In this document: positions 1 to 9,559 of the stretch, piece after piece
Numbering within the stretch: position 1 is the first letter of the stretch
Layout: each line of letters starts with the position of its first letter
Sequence record: JX128259
Source of the DNA: Escherichia phage ECML-134
Reading direction: 5' to 3' (one strand)
Length of the DNA stretch: 64,000 bases
Program-made: the position numbers and the translations under genes
Notes under the pieces: generated by a model
Databases searched by the model: none
The model's input: the letters and a program-made list of their open reading frames with translations, nothing else
Told to the model about the DNA's origin: nothing

Positions 1-1345
1 CAATGCTACTAACATCGCTGCTGGTCAGACTTCTGGCGCAGTAACTCAGATTGGCCCAGCTGTTATGGGTATGGTACGTCGTGCTATTCCTAACCTGATT
101 GCTTTCGATATTTGCGGTGTTCAGCCGATGAACAGCCCGACTGGTCAGGTATTCGCACTGCGCGCAGTATATGGTAAAGACCCAATCGCTGCCGATGCTA
201 AAGAAGCATTCCACCCAATGTATGGTCCAGATGCAATGTTCTCTGGTCAGGGTGCTGCTAAGAAATTCCCAGCTCTGGCTGCTAGCACACAAACCGTTGT
301 AGGTGATATCTATACTCACTTCTTCCAGGAAACTGGTACTGTGTATCTGCAGGCTTCCGCTGTAGTAACAATCGATGCTAGTGCATCTGACGCAGCTAAA
401 TTAGATGCTGAAATTAAGAAACAAATGGAAGCTGGCGTACTGGTAGAAATCGCTGAAGGTATGGCTACTTCTATCGCTGAACTTCAGGAAGGTTTCAACG
501 GTTCTACCGATAACCCATGGAATGAAATGGGCTTCCGTATCGATAAACAAGTTATCGAAGCTAAATCTCGTCAGCTGAAAGCTGCTTACTCTATCGAATT
601 AGCACAAGACCTCCGCGCTGTTCACGGTATGGATGCTGATGCTGAACTGTCTGGTATTCTGGCTACCGAAATCATGCTGGAAATCAACCGTGAAGTTGTT
701 GATTGGATTAACTACTCAGCTCAGGTTGGTAAATCTGGTATGACCCTGACTCCAGGTTCTAAAGCTGGTGTATTTGACTTCCAGGATCCGATTGATATTC
801 GTGGTGCTCGCTGGGCGGGTGAATCCTTTAAAGCTCTGTTGTTCCAGATTGACAAAGAAGCAGTTGAAATTGCTCGTCAGACCGGTCGTGGTGAAGGTAA
901 CTTCATTATCGCTTCCCGTAACGTAGTTAACGTTCTGGCTTCAGTTGATACCGGCATTTCTTATGCTGCACAGGGTCTGGCTACCGGCTTCAACACTGAT
1001 ACTACCAAGTCAGTATTTGCTGGTGTTCTGGGTGGTAAATACCGCGTATATATCGACCAGTATGCTAAACAGGATTATTTCACTGTAGGTTATAAAGGTC
1101 CGAACGAAATGGATGCTGGTATTTACTATGCTCCATATGTAGCTCTGACTCCACTGCGTGGTTCCGATCCGAAGAACTTCCAACCGGTAATGGGATTCAA
1201 AACTCGTTACGGTATCGGTATCAACCCATTTGCAGAATCCGCTGCTCAGGCTCCGGCTTCTCGCATCCAGAGCGGTATGCCTTCTATTCTGAATAGCCTT
1301 GGTAAAAACGCTTACTTTAGACGTGTATATGTTAAAGGTATCTAA
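1..1345 (+). CDS. 23: Major capsid protein gp23, 3-prime portion (5-prime end lies upstream of the window)
   Basis: Frame is open from window edge to the stop at 1343-1345; the 426-aa ORF reads as the T4 gp23 family C-terminal region; hairpin terminator immediately downstream. Confidence 0.93.
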   Translation, partial: NATNIAAGQTSGAVTQIGPAVMGMVRRAIPNLIAFDICGVQPMNSPTGQVFALRAVYGKDPIAADAKEAFHPMYGPDAMFSGQGAAKKFPALAASTQTVVGDIYTHFFQETGTVYLQASAVVTIDASASDAAKLDAEIKKQMEAGVLVEIAEGMATSIAELQEGFNGSTDNPWNEMGFRIDKQVIEAKSRQLKAAYSIELAQDLRAVHGMDADAELSGILATEIMLEINREVVDWINYSAQVGKSGMTLTPGSKAGVFDFQDPIDIRGARWAGESFKALLFQIDKEAVEIARQTGRGEGNFIIASRNVVNVLASVDTGISYAAQGLATGFNTDTTKSVFAGVLGGKYRVYIDQYAKQDYFTVGYKGPNEMDAGIYYAPYVALTPLRGSDPKNFQPVMGFKTRYGIGINPFAESAAQAPASRIQSGMPSILNSLGKNAYFRRVYVKGI

Positions 1346-1370
1346 TCTCTAACGATAGAAACACAATTTT

Positions 1371-1396
1371 AGGGAGCCTTCGGGCTCCCTTTTTCT
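1371..1396 (+). terminator. Rho-independent terminator after gene 23
   Basis: Hairpin AGGGAGCC-TTCG-GGCTCCCT followed by TTTTT. Confidence 0.85.
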
Positions 1397-2066
1397 ATTT
1401 TATACGATAGCAATCAGGCATATCATCCGCATTTATCCAATTGCGAATAGTTTTAGGACTAACTTTAAAATGCTCCGCTGCGTAATCAGGATTATCAAAT
1501 TTAACGCCCTTTATACATATTGGAATAAATTTTTTAATACCACCAAGTTTTTCAGAAATAGCTTTACGATGTGAAATCGATATAGGTTTATTTTTTCGTG
1601 GATGAACATGTGTTTTATAATATTCATTGCGCCCTTTAACTCGCTTCGCAATAGTTTCATCAGATTGCTTAACGCCTGTTTTTGCCTTTGATATTTTTCG
1701 TTTAGCTTCCACAGTCATTCCTTCTTTTGTTCGTATTGATAACATATTACGATATGAAGGATCTTGCAAATGAACTATAACTGGATTTCCTCTGCCACCA
1801 ATAGCAGCATTATAGGTATCAGTTCTCATAACGAATTCCTCATTGACTAGTAAAGCTTCCATTTTATACATCTCCTCAGATGAGGAGAAAGAATAAAGAA
1901 TTTCTTTTTTAAAGTTATGAATACCATATTTTTTGATGGATTTTTTGATGTTTACGCCAGAACCCATATAACCATCGTTTTCGTCAAGAGTAGCATGAGC
2001 TCCGATGTAAATTTTTCCATTGATGATATTAGTAATTTGATATATTAAATATTTCATTTTAAACAT
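1395..2066 (-). CDS. segD: GIY-YIG family homing endonuclease-like protein (SegD-like); start codon uncertain (2096, 2066 or 2057)
   Basis: N-terminal YLIYQITNIINGKIYIG GIY-YIG motif; free-standing between genes 23 and 24 as in T4. Confidence 0.8.
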   Translation of the reverse strand: MFKMKYLIYQITNIINGKIYIGAHATLDENDGYMGSGVNIKKSIKKYGIHNFKKEILYSFSSSEEMYKMEALLVNEEFVMRTDTYNAAIGGRGNPVIVHLQDPSYRNMLSIRTKEGMTVEAKRKISKAKTGVKQSDETIAKRVKGRNEYYKTHVHPRKNKPISISHRKAISEKLGGIKKFIPICIKGVKFDNPDYAAEHFKVSPKTIRNWINADDMPDCYRIK

Positions 2067-2121
2067 CGCTCCGTTTGTATATGAATATAATATCATATTA
2101 CTTTGGTCTTGTAAATAACTT

Positions 2122-2129
2122 TATAAATA
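2122..2129 (+). promoter_or_regulatory. Late promoter TATAAATA (gene 24)
   Basis: Exact T4 late-promoter octamer about 28 nt upstream of the gene 24 ATG. Confidence 0.75.
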
Positions 2130-2156
2130 GTATTATATTTCAACAAGGAAAATACA

Positions 2157-3440
2157 ATGGCTAAAATCAACGAACTTCTGCGCGAATCAACAACAACGAA
2201 TAGCAACTCAATCGGTCGCCCAAATCTCGTTGCTTTGACTCGCGCTACCACTAAATTAATATATTCTGACATTGTAGCAACGCAAAGAACTAATCAACCT
2301 GTTGCTGCTTTTTATGGTATCAAATACCTTAACCCAGACAATGAATTTACATTTAAAACTGGTGCTACTTACGCTGGCGAAGCTGGATATGTAGACCGAG
2401 AACAAATCACAGAATTAACAGAAGAGTCTAAATTAACTCTCAATAAAGGCGATTTATTCAAATATAATAATATCGTTTATAAAGTATTAGAAGATACTCC
2501 ATTTGCTGATATTGAAGAAAGCGATTTAGAATTAGCTCTTCAGATTGCAATTGTTCTTTTAAAGGTTCGTCTATTTTCTGACGCAGCGTCAACAAGCAAA
2601 TTTGAAAGCTCTGATAGCGAAATTGCGGATGCTAGATTCCAGATTAATAAATGGCAAACCGCAGTTAAATCTCGTAAACTTAAAACTGGTATCACAGTTG
2701 AATTAGCACAAGATTTAGAAGCAAATGGATTCGATGCTCCTAATTTCTTGGAAGATTTGCTTGCAACTGAAATGGCGGATGAAATTAATAAAGATATTCT
2801 GCAGTCTTTGATTACAGTATCAAAACGCTATAAAGTTACAGGAATTACTGATAGTGGATTCATCGATTTGAGTTATGCATCTGCTCCTGAAGCTGGTCGT
2901 TCATTATACCGAATGGTATGTGAAATGGTTTCGCATATCCAAAAAGAATCAACTTATACAGCAACGTTCTGTGTTGCTTCAGCTCGTGCTGCTGCGATTC
3001 TTGCTGCATCAGGTTGGTTAAAACATAAACCAGAAGATGATAAATATCTTTCACAAAATGCCTACGGGTTCTTAGCTAATGGTTTACCGCTTTATTGCGA
3101 TACTAACAGCCCATTAGATTATGTAATCGTTGGCGTAGTAGAAAATATCGGTGAAAAAGAAATTGTTGGTTCAATTTTCTATGCTCCGTATACAGAAGGT
3201 CTTGACTTAGATGACCCTGAACATGTGGGTGCATTTAAAGTTGTTGTTGATCCAGAAAGCTTACAACCGTCTATCGGTTTATTAGTTAGATATGCTTTAT
3301 CAGCAAATCCTTATACTGTAGCAAAAGATGAAAAAGAAGCAAGAATAATTGACGGTGGAGACATGGATAAAATGGCAGGTCGTTCAGATTTGTCTGTTTT
3401 ATTAGGTGTTAAATTACCAAAAATTATTATTGATGAATAA
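2157..3440 (+). CDS. 24: Capsid vertex protein gp24
   Basis: 427-aa ORF, gp23 paralogue pattern, T4 position and length; TATAAATA late promoter and AGGA RBS upstream. Confidence 0.93.
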   Translation: MAKINELLRESTTTNSNSIGRPNLVALTRATTKLIYSDIVATQRTNQPVAAFYGIKYLNPDNEFTFKTGATYAGEAGYVDREQITELTEESKLTLNKGDLFKYNNIVYKVLEDTPFADIEESDLELALQIAIVLLKVRLFSDAASTSKFESSDSEIADARFQINKWQTAVKSRKLKTGITVELAQDLEANGFDAPNFLEDLLATEMADEINKDILQSLITVSKRYKVTGITDSGFIDLSYASAPEAGRSLYRMVCEMVSHIQKESTYTATFCVASARAAAILAASGWLKHKPEDDKYLSQNAYGFLANGLPLYCDTNSPLDYVIVGVVENIGEKEIVGSIFYAPYTEGLDLDDPEHVGAFKVVVDPESLQPSIGLLVRYALSANPYTVAKDEKEARIIDGGDMDKMAGRSDLSVLLGVKLPKIIIDE

Positions 3441-3444
3441 AGCA

Positions 3445-3468
3445 AAGGGACCTTTCGGTCCCTTTTTA
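3445..3468. terminator. Bidirectional hairpin terminator between convergent genes 24 and rnlB
   Basis: AAA-GGGACC-TTTC-GGTCCC-TTTTT. Confidence 0.8.
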
Positions 3469-3469
3469 T

Positions 3470-4474
3470 TTAACTTACCAATTCAATCCAAGCCGGACGA
3501 AGTACATCTTGTACCATTTTAACTAATTCCTTCTTAATCAAAGAAGGATTATCCGCTTGAGTTAGAATAATACCTTCACGAGAAGTTTCTTCCAAAATAT
3601 CTTGAACAGTTAGTCCCATCACCTTTCCAAAATCTTTAGGACCAATTTCGCCAATTTTAGAAATAACGTTATTTACCCGGTTCAGTGTAACGTAACAAGC
3701 TAAAATCCCCACCAATTTGTTATCAGCTTCTGACAGTTCAACTTTAGCTTTAATAGGCTTATCAGACTTTTTCTTTTCACTAAATTTAGAGTTCTTGCAT
3801 TTAATCGCCACACGATTGCGATTAGGCAGCCAAGAAGGATAACAAGGTTTCAATACATATCCTTCAGCAGTAAATACTTCGCCTTTTGCTTCGGCATTCC
3901 AAATGCATTTATTTGCATCAACTAATCCGGCATGGTCTACTGTAAAATTATAATCTTGGACGACAGAATCTAAATCATTTGGCAATTTAATAAGCTCTTC
4001 AAATTTACCGCGACCTAAAAGTGGAGCCATTTTAAATTTAAACGTATTACAGAATGATTCCATCATATAATCATCGACATAAGTCACATCACCACTTTCT
4101 GTAGTAACAATAATGTCAAATACATAAAAATCTTTATCACCATAATCGACATTCTTCTGAATGCCAGGTCCAGCAAATTCGCCAAAGACTTGATAAGATA
4201 CAACTGCCGAAGTTTCCATAATATCTTGTACTGCTTTAATGGAATCAGCGTAATTCTTTAGAATAATTTCATACCCAAAGAAATCTTCAGCAGGAAGAAT
4301 AGGACCAGTACGTTTAGCGCAAGTCACTTTATCGCGTTCAATAATCAGTGAGAAATTTGTGCCATGAATCTTTTCACGAGCTACCCATTCGCCGCCAGTC
4401 AATCCTAAGCTGTAAAGTTTTTCAATGAATTTAGAATTGTAATGATTTTCAAGACTGCTATACTTTTTAAACAT
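3470..4474 (-). CDS. rnlB: RNA ligase 2 (Rnl2)
   Basis: 334 aa; nucleotidyltransferase lysine motif KIHGTN near N-terminus; T4 position after gene 24. Confidence 0.9.
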   Translation of the reverse strand: MFKKYSSLENHYNSKFIEKLYSLGLTGGEWVAREKIHGTNFSLIIERDKVTCAKRTGPILPAEDFFGYEIILKNYADSIKAVQDIMETSAVVSYQVFGEFAGPGIQKNVDYGDKDFYVFDIIVTTESGDVTYVDDYMMESFCNTFKFKMAPLLGRGKFEELIKLPNDLDSVVQDYNFTVDHAGLVDANKCIWNAEAKGEVFTAEGYVLKPCYPSWLPNRNRVAIKCKNSKFSEKKKSDKPIKAKVELSEADNKLVGILACYVTLNRVNNVISKIGEIGPKDFGKVMGLTVQDILEETSREGIILTQADNPSLIKKELVKMVQDVLRPAWIELVS

Positions 4475-4483
4475 AATTAATCC

Positions 4484-4762
4484 TCAAAATGTAATTTCTA
4501 ACCAATCACCATCACGCTGATCGCTATTGACTTTAAAGCTAAATCCTTCTTTTCTCAGCCAATCACCAATTTCTTCAGTAATCAATTTATCGCGAGCAGT
4601 ACAATAATAATTAAAATGTGTTTTACCTTGTTCAGCTGCTTTATTAGCAAGTTCCGAAAAATCTTTAATAAAGCACTCTAGTTTAAACTGTTTACTTTTG
4701 AATGCTTTTTCGCGTAATTGATTAGCAAAAGATTCATTTTCATAAAGATCATACTGTTCCAT
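4484..4762 (-). CDS. Hypothetical protein (T4 24.2-like position)
   Basis: 92-aa ORF tightly packed after rnlB, start overlaps next gene. Confidence 0.6.
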   Translation of the reverse strand: MEQYDLYENESFANQLREKAFKSKQFKLECFIKDFSELANKAAEQGKTHFNYYCTARDKLITEEIGDWLRKEGFSFKVNSDQRDGDWLEITF

Positions 4763-4964
4763 TTTTCACCTTTTTATTGATATGTCTTTTTCTATAGACA
4801 ACTTTTTCTCGAGTTTCAAATTTATTCTTAGCAGTCATAGCTCGAGCCCATAATACAGCCACTTCTTTCGCCTGTAAGTTTAATTCACGAGCAATTTCAA
4901 TGAATGACTTTCCAGACTCATGAAGAGTAAACACCACAACCTCAGTTCTCATAATCAATCTCAT
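4749..4964 (-). CDS. Hypothetical protein (T4 24.3-like position)
   Basis: 71-aa ORF in operon arrangement. Confidence 0.55.
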   Translation of the reverse strand: MRLIMRTEVVVFTLHESGKSFIEIARELNLQAKEVAVLWARAMTAKNKFETREKVVYRKRHINKKVKNGTV

Positions 4965-5030
4965 GTTATCGAGTTGGTGCCATTATATACATCATTTTCT
5001 GAGTGTGTTTTGTGTGCTTTTAAAATGAAG

Positions 5031-5052
5031 AAAGGGGCCGAAGCCCCTTATG
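5031..5052 (-). terminator. Hairpin terminator downstream of hoc
   Basis: AAGGGGC-CGAA-GCCCCTT flanked by a T-run on the - strand. Confidence 0.7.
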
Positions 5053-5053
5053 A

Positions 5054-6184
5054 TTATGGATAGGTATAGATGATACCAGTTTCTAAAGCAGTTTTATGAA
5101 TGATATATCCATTACGTGATTCTTGGACATCAACTTCTGGATAGTCTTTCATCATCTTCTGAAGAGTGTAACGATGCAGGTAGTATTTACTATCTGGATC
5201 TTCAGTTTTCCAATCTTTACCTTCTTCAGTCATTTTTTGGATTTCATCCATAACCCACCAACCGCACTAGATGTAAGCTGAGCTACGGTGTGGAAGAGGA
5301 TGAACATAAGGTAATTCACCTTCTGGTTCTGGAGCAACTTTATCAGTTACCTGAACTTGACCTGTGGCTTTAACTGTTTTACTATCATAGTCAGTTGCTG
5401 TAACGACAGCAGTAACTTCAATAGTTTGACTTCCAATAGATGAGGTATCAACAGTATATACGTTAGTTGACCCTTCCACAGGAGAAGAATCTTTCTTCCA
5501 TGAGTAAGTAATTTGTGCTGCTTCAGGTGCGCCAGTAACATTAGCAGTAAATGTAGCCGAAGTATCTTGCTGAACATTAATAGAAGGAGGAGTCAATGTA
5601 ACCTGTGGATTCATTGTCTTCTTATTAACTGTCAATGATACTTCATTGGAAGTAACTTCTTTTGCATCATAATCTGTCGCGGTTACTTGAGCCACACACT
5701 TAATTGTTTTAACTCCGCTTGTGGTAGGAGTGTAATTGAATGTAGCAGAAGTTGCTTCGCCCACAGGAGAACCGTCAACGTACCATTGATACGTAGCAGA
5801 TGCACCTGGTGGCTGCGAAGCTAAGGCAGCGGTAAATTCAATAGCTGTTCCAATTACTCCAGCGTCAGGGCTATTAGGAGTTACAGCTAGGGTAGTCGTT
5901 TGTGTCTTATTTTGAACTGTGATAGTTGTAGAAGCTTCTGCTGTTTCAGCTTCAGCTTCTGGAACTGGGTTTGTTGCAACTACTTTAATAGTCTTTTGAC
6001 CGGCAGGTCCTTTTAGTACATAGCTAAAAGTTGCTGACGTTTCTTCCTGCGGAGCGTCGTCTACAGTCCAAGCATATGTAATAGGTCCATCTCCAGTTTG
6101 ACCACTGGGTGTAGCAGTAAACTGCTGAGTCTGATCTATAACTCCAGTAGGTGTTTTAGGAGTTATATCAACGGTAAAAGCCAT
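5054..6184 (-). pseudogene. hoc: hoc (highly immunogenic outer capsid protein) interrupted by an in-frame amber codon at 5267-5269
   Basis: ORF 5267..6184 (305 aa, Ig-like domain repeats) ends ...HRSSAYI-TAG; reading continues in the same frame as CGWWVMDEIQK... to the stop at 5054; 305+1+70=376 codons, the length of T4 Hoc. Confidence 0.85.
5267..6184 (-). CDS. hoc: Hoc N-terminal fragment (Ig-like domains) as translated in a non-suppressing host
   Basis: 305-aa ORF with repeated Ig-like segments (TATDYD..., VTLTPPS...). Confidence 0.85.
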   Translation of the reverse strand: MAFTVDITPKTPTGVIDQTQQFTATPSGQTGDGPITYAWTVDDAPQEETSATFSYVLKGPAGQKTIKVVATNPVPEAEAETAEASTTITVQNKTQTTTLAVTPNSPDAGVIGTAIEFTAALASQPPGASATYQWYVDGSPVGEATSATFNYTPTTSGVKTIKCVAQVTATDYDAKEVTSNEVSLTVNKKTMNPQVTLTPPSINVQQDTSATFTANVTGAPEAAQITYSWKKDSSPVEGSTNVYTVDTSSIGSQTIEVTAVVTATDYDSKTVKATGQVQVTDKVAPEPEGELPYVHPLPHRSSAYI

Positions 6185-6193
6185 AAGTTATCC

Positions 6194-6874
6194 TTATTTT
6201 AATGTTATGAAAGAAGAATTGCGTGTTTCACGAATTAGAACTGATCCGTCACGATTAATGTAGTAAATTAAGCTAAATAAAGTTTGGTGTGCCGACGCGT
6301 GTTCAAAACTAGTTGGGTGAGATTTCCAATCCGGAGTTTCAGCAATCCACTGGTAAATCCACCAAGGAACAGTGCAGAATCCTGGATTTTTTCCAATCAG
6401 CTGAAGATTCGGACTAAAGTTTTCCGGAAGAGTAAATACAGACGGCTTTTCAGATTCAATAATCTCAGCTACAGCCTGTTCGAATTTTTCTTCAACAAAA
6501 GGAGTATCTTCAATCAAAACATCGGTATTTTCAGGAATTTTATCCGTTTCTATGACTTCAATTTTAATGTCAGATTTAACCGGAGAATCAATCAGAAGTG
6601 CTGCTTCTGGATTGACTTCTTCATCGTCATATTTTAATCCCTCTGCAGCATCTGCAGCATCGATTAAGTCTTTAATAGATAACCCATCAGTCTCTGGCAT
6701 AGGTTCACTAGCGAGCTTCTGGAGGGCTTCTTCAATATCAATAACGATATTATCAAAAGATTTATTCTTTTTGACCTTTATACCAAACTGTTCAGCATAT
6801 TCAGCTAATTTAGCTTTAGCTTCTTTATTATCATCAAGAGCCTTCAACTCTGCAATATAATCTTTATCTATCAT
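6194..6874 (-). CDS. inh: Inh, inhibitor of prohead protease gp21 (head internal protein)
   Basis: 226-aa acidic protein at T4 inh position between hoc and segE. Confidence 0.8.
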   Translation of the reverse strand: MIDKDYIAELKALDDNKEAKAKLAEYAEQFGIKVKKNKSFDNIVIDIEEALQKLASEPMPETDGLSIKDLIDAADAAEGLKYDDEEVNPEAALLIDSPVKSDIKIEVIETDKIPENTDVLIEDTPFVEEKFEQAVAEIIESEKPSVFTLPENFSPNLQLIGKNPGFCTVPWWIYQWIAETPDWKSHPTSFEHASAHQTLFSLIYYINRDGSVLIRETRNSSFITLK

Positions 6875-6887
6875 AATATTTCCTCAG

Positions 6888-6895
6888 TATAAATA
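6888..6895 (+). promoter_or_regulatory. Late promoter TATAAATA (segE / uvsW)
   Basis: Exact octamer about 30 nt upstream of segE. Confidence 0.7.
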
Positions 6896-6923
6896 TAGAT
6901 ATATTTATTACTCGGAAAATAGT

Positions 6924-7541
6924 ATGTACCACTTTGTATATGAAACAACAAATCTAATAAATGGTAAAAAGTATATAGGAAAACACTCTACTGATGACTT
7001 GAATGATGGTTACCTTGGTTCCGGTAAGGCAATTCAGCAGGCTATAAAGAAGTATGGTGAAAACAATTTCTCTAGAACAATACTAAAAGAGTTTAAAACT
7101 TCCGAAGAAGCGTACATGTATGAAGAAGAAATTATAACTCCTGAAATAATAAAAAGCAAAAATTATTATAATATGAAACCTGGTGGAATTGGTGGAATTG
7201 TTATGACTACAGAGGTTATAGCAAAGATGAAAGAATCTTCCGCTAAGAGATTTGAAAACTCACCGGGCACGGTATTAGGTACAACTTGTTACACTAATGG
7301 AACTAAAAATATTTTTATTAAACCTGGAGAACTTGTTCCAGAAGGATTTGTAAAAGGGATGGTTCATCCTAATAGAAAGTCCAGAAAAGGATGTAAAGTC
7401 AAACCGACTACCACAGGAACTTTTTGGGTCAATAATGGCGCAATAAATAAATTAATACAACCAGACGGTATTATTCCCGACGGATTTATTAAAGGTCGTC
7501 TCATGAAAAGAGATTCTAAAGGCAAATTTAGTAAGGCATAA
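6924..7541 (+). CDS. segE: GIY-YIG homing endonuclease SegE
   Basis: 205 aa; N-terminal HFVYETTNLINGKKYIGKH GIY-YIG motif; T4 position before uvsW; late promoter upstream. Confidence 0.88.
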   Translation: MYHFVYETTNLINGKKYIGKHSTDDLNDGYLGSGKAIQQAIKKYGENNFSRTILKEFKTSEEAYMYEEEIITPEIIKSKNYYNMKPGGIGGIVMTTEVIAKMKESSAKRFENSPGTVLGTTCYTNGTKNIFIKPGELVPEGFVKGMVHPNRKSRKGCKVKPTTTGTFWVNNGAINKLIQPDGIIPDGFIKGRLMKRDSKGKFSKA

Positions 7542-7543
7542 TT

Positions 7544-9052
7544 ATGGATATTAAAGTACATTTTCACGACTTCAGTCATGTACGCATCGATTGTGAAGAG
7601 AGCACGTTCCACGAATTAAGAGATTTCTTTTCGTTTGAGGCCGATGGATATAGATTTAATCCTCGCTTCAGATATGGCAACTGGGATGGACGAATCCGTC
7701 TTTTAGATTATAATCGCCTTCTTCCGTTCGGCTTAGTTGGGCAAATTAAAAAGTTCTGTGATAACTTTGGCTATAAAGCCTGGATTGACCCACAAATTAA
7801 CGAAAAAGAAGAATTATCAAGAAAAGATTTTGATGAATGGCTTTCTAAATTAGAAATCTATTCAGGAAATAAAAGAATTGAACCACATTGGTATCAAAAA
7901 GATGCAGTGTTCGAAGGATTAGTTAATCGTCGCAGAATTCTTAATCTTCCAACATCCGCAGGTAAATCTTTAATTCAAGCTTTGCTTGCTCGGTATTATT
8001 TGGAAAATTATGAAGGTAAAATTCTTATCATTGTTCCAACAACTGCTCTAACAACTCAGATGGCTGATGACTTTGTTGACTATCGTTTATTCAGTCATGC
8101 AATGATAAAGAAAATCGGTGGCGGAGCATCAAAAGATGATAAATATAAAAATGATGCACCAGTCGTTGTTGGTACATGGCAAACTGTAGTAAAACAACCA
8201 AAAGAATGGTTCTCACAGTTTGGAATGATGATGAATGATGAATGCCATCTTGCTACAGGAAAAAGTATTTCATCTATCATATCAGGTTTAAATAACTGCA
8301 TGTTCAAATTCGGTTTGTCTGGTTCATTACGAGATGGCAAAGCCAATATCATGCAGTATGTTGGAATGTTTGGTGAAATATTTAAGCCAGTAACGACTTC
8401 TAAATTAATGGAAGATGGACAAGTAACTGAGCTAAAAATTAATAGTATTTTTCTTCGCTATCCCGATGAGTTCACTACTAAATTAAAGGGAAAAACTTAC
8501 CAAGAAGAAATAAAAATTATTACTGGGCTTAGTAAAAGAAATAAATGGATCGCTAAATTAGCTATTAAGCTTGCGCAAAAAGATGAAAACGCTTTTGTCA
8601 TGTTTAAACATGTATCGCATGGTAAAGCTATTTTCGATTTAATTAAAAATGAATACGATAAAGTTTATTACGTATCAGGGGAAGTTGATACCGAAACCCG
8701 CAATATAATGAAAACCTTAGCTGAAAATGGTAAAGGAATAATTATAGTAGCGAGTTATGGCGTATTTTCTACTGGTATTTCAGTTAAAAATCTGCATCAC
8801 GTTGTTTTAGCGCACGGTGTTAAATCAAAAATCATTGTATTACAAACAATCGGTCGTGTATTACGTAAGCATGGTTCTAAAACAATCGCAACGGTCTGGG
8901 ACCTCATAGATGATTGTGGTGTTAAGCCAAAATCTGCTAATACGAAAAAGAAATATGTTCATTTGAACTATCTTTTAAAACACGGCATTGATCGTATTCA
9001 GCGCTACGCAGATGAAAAATTTAATTACGTAATGAAAACAGTTAATTTATAA
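7544..9052 (+). CDS. uvsW: UvsW RNA-DNA/DNA helicase
   Basis: 502 aa; helicase motifs (PTSAGKS Walker A-like, DECH); T4 position and length. Confidence 0.92.
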   Translation: MDIKVHFHDFSHVRIDCEESTFHELRDFFSFEADGYRFNPRFRYGNWDGRIRLLDYNRLLPFGLVGQIKKFCDNFGYKAWIDPQINEKEELSRKDFDEWLSKLEIYSGNKRIEPHWYQKDAVFEGLVNRRRILNLPTSAGKSLIQALLARYYLENYEGKILIIVPTTALTTQMADDFVDYRLFSHAMIKKIGGGASKDDKYKNDAPVVVGTWQTVVKQPKEWFSQFGMMMNDECHLATGKSISSIISGLNNCMFKFGLSGSLRDGKANIMQYVGMFGEIFKPVTTSKLMEDGQVTELKINSIFLRYPDEFTTKLKGKTYQEEIKIITGLSKRNKWIAKLAIKLAQKDENAFVMFKHVSHGKAIFDLIKNEYDKVYYVSGEVDTETRNIMKTLAENGKGIIIVASYGVFSTGISVKNLHHVVLAHGVKSKIIVLQTIGRVLRKHGSKTIATVWDLIDDCGVKPKSANTKKKYVHLNYLLKHGIDRIQRYADEKFNYVMKTVNL

Positions 9053-9065
9053 GGGCTTCGGCCCT

Positions 9066-9308
9066 TTGGAGAAAAAGATGTTACTAGAATTTAAACAATT
9101 TCTTTATGAAGCTTCTATTGATGAATTTATGGGTAAAATTGCCTCTTGTCAAACATTAGAAGGTTTAGAAGAACTTGAAGCTTATTATAAGAAAAGAGTT
9201 AAAGAAACTGAATTAAAAGATACTGATGACATCTCTGTAAGAGATGCTTTGGCAGGAAAAAGAGCTGAATTAGAAGATTCAGACGATGAAGTAGAAGAAA
9301 GCTTTTAA
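9066..9308 (+). CDS. uvsW.1: UvsW.1 small acidic protein
   Basis: 80-aa ORF immediately downstream of uvsW with RBS. Confidence 0.75.
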   Translation: MEKKMLLEFKQFLYEASIDEFMGKIASCQTLEGLEELEAYYKKRVKETELKDTDDISVRDALAGKRAELEDSDDEVEESF

Positions 9309-9363
9309 ATTAAAAAAGGCCCAACCAAAAAGGAAGGGCCAAAACTATAGACTAAAGGTCACA

Positions 9364-9531
9364 CTATAGCAAAAGTTGTGTTTCATTTAATTGTTCTTCC
9401 GAACTTTCTGAAACTGGTAGTTCTTTAATGTAATTATAGCAAGGCCCAGGATGTACAGGACCTTTGTCTGTTTCAACAACCAATGCAGAATCGATTGGAG
9501 TTTTACAGACAACACAAATCTTATCTGACAT
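9364..9531 (-). CDS. Small Cys-containing protein (55 aa, possible zinc ribbon), uvsY-upstream ORF
   Basis: ATG at 9531 preceded by GAGGAG; translation MSDKICVVCKTP...HPGPCYNY; below the size cutoff of the supplied ORF track. Confidence 0.55.
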   Translation of the reverse strand: MSDKICVVCKTPIDSALVVETDKGPVHPGPCYNYIKELPVSESSEEQLNETQLLL

Positions 9532-9559
9532 GATTGTCTCCTCTGAATTATATATCTAT

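Noticed and set aside
2860-3054. 64-aa - strand ORF inside gene 24
   Set aside because: Antisense to a conserved structural gene; no expression signals.
6284-6860. Two + strand ORFs (117 and 102 aa) overlapping inh
   Set aside because: Antisense shadow ORFs inside the well-supported inh gene; low-complexity translations and no start signals.
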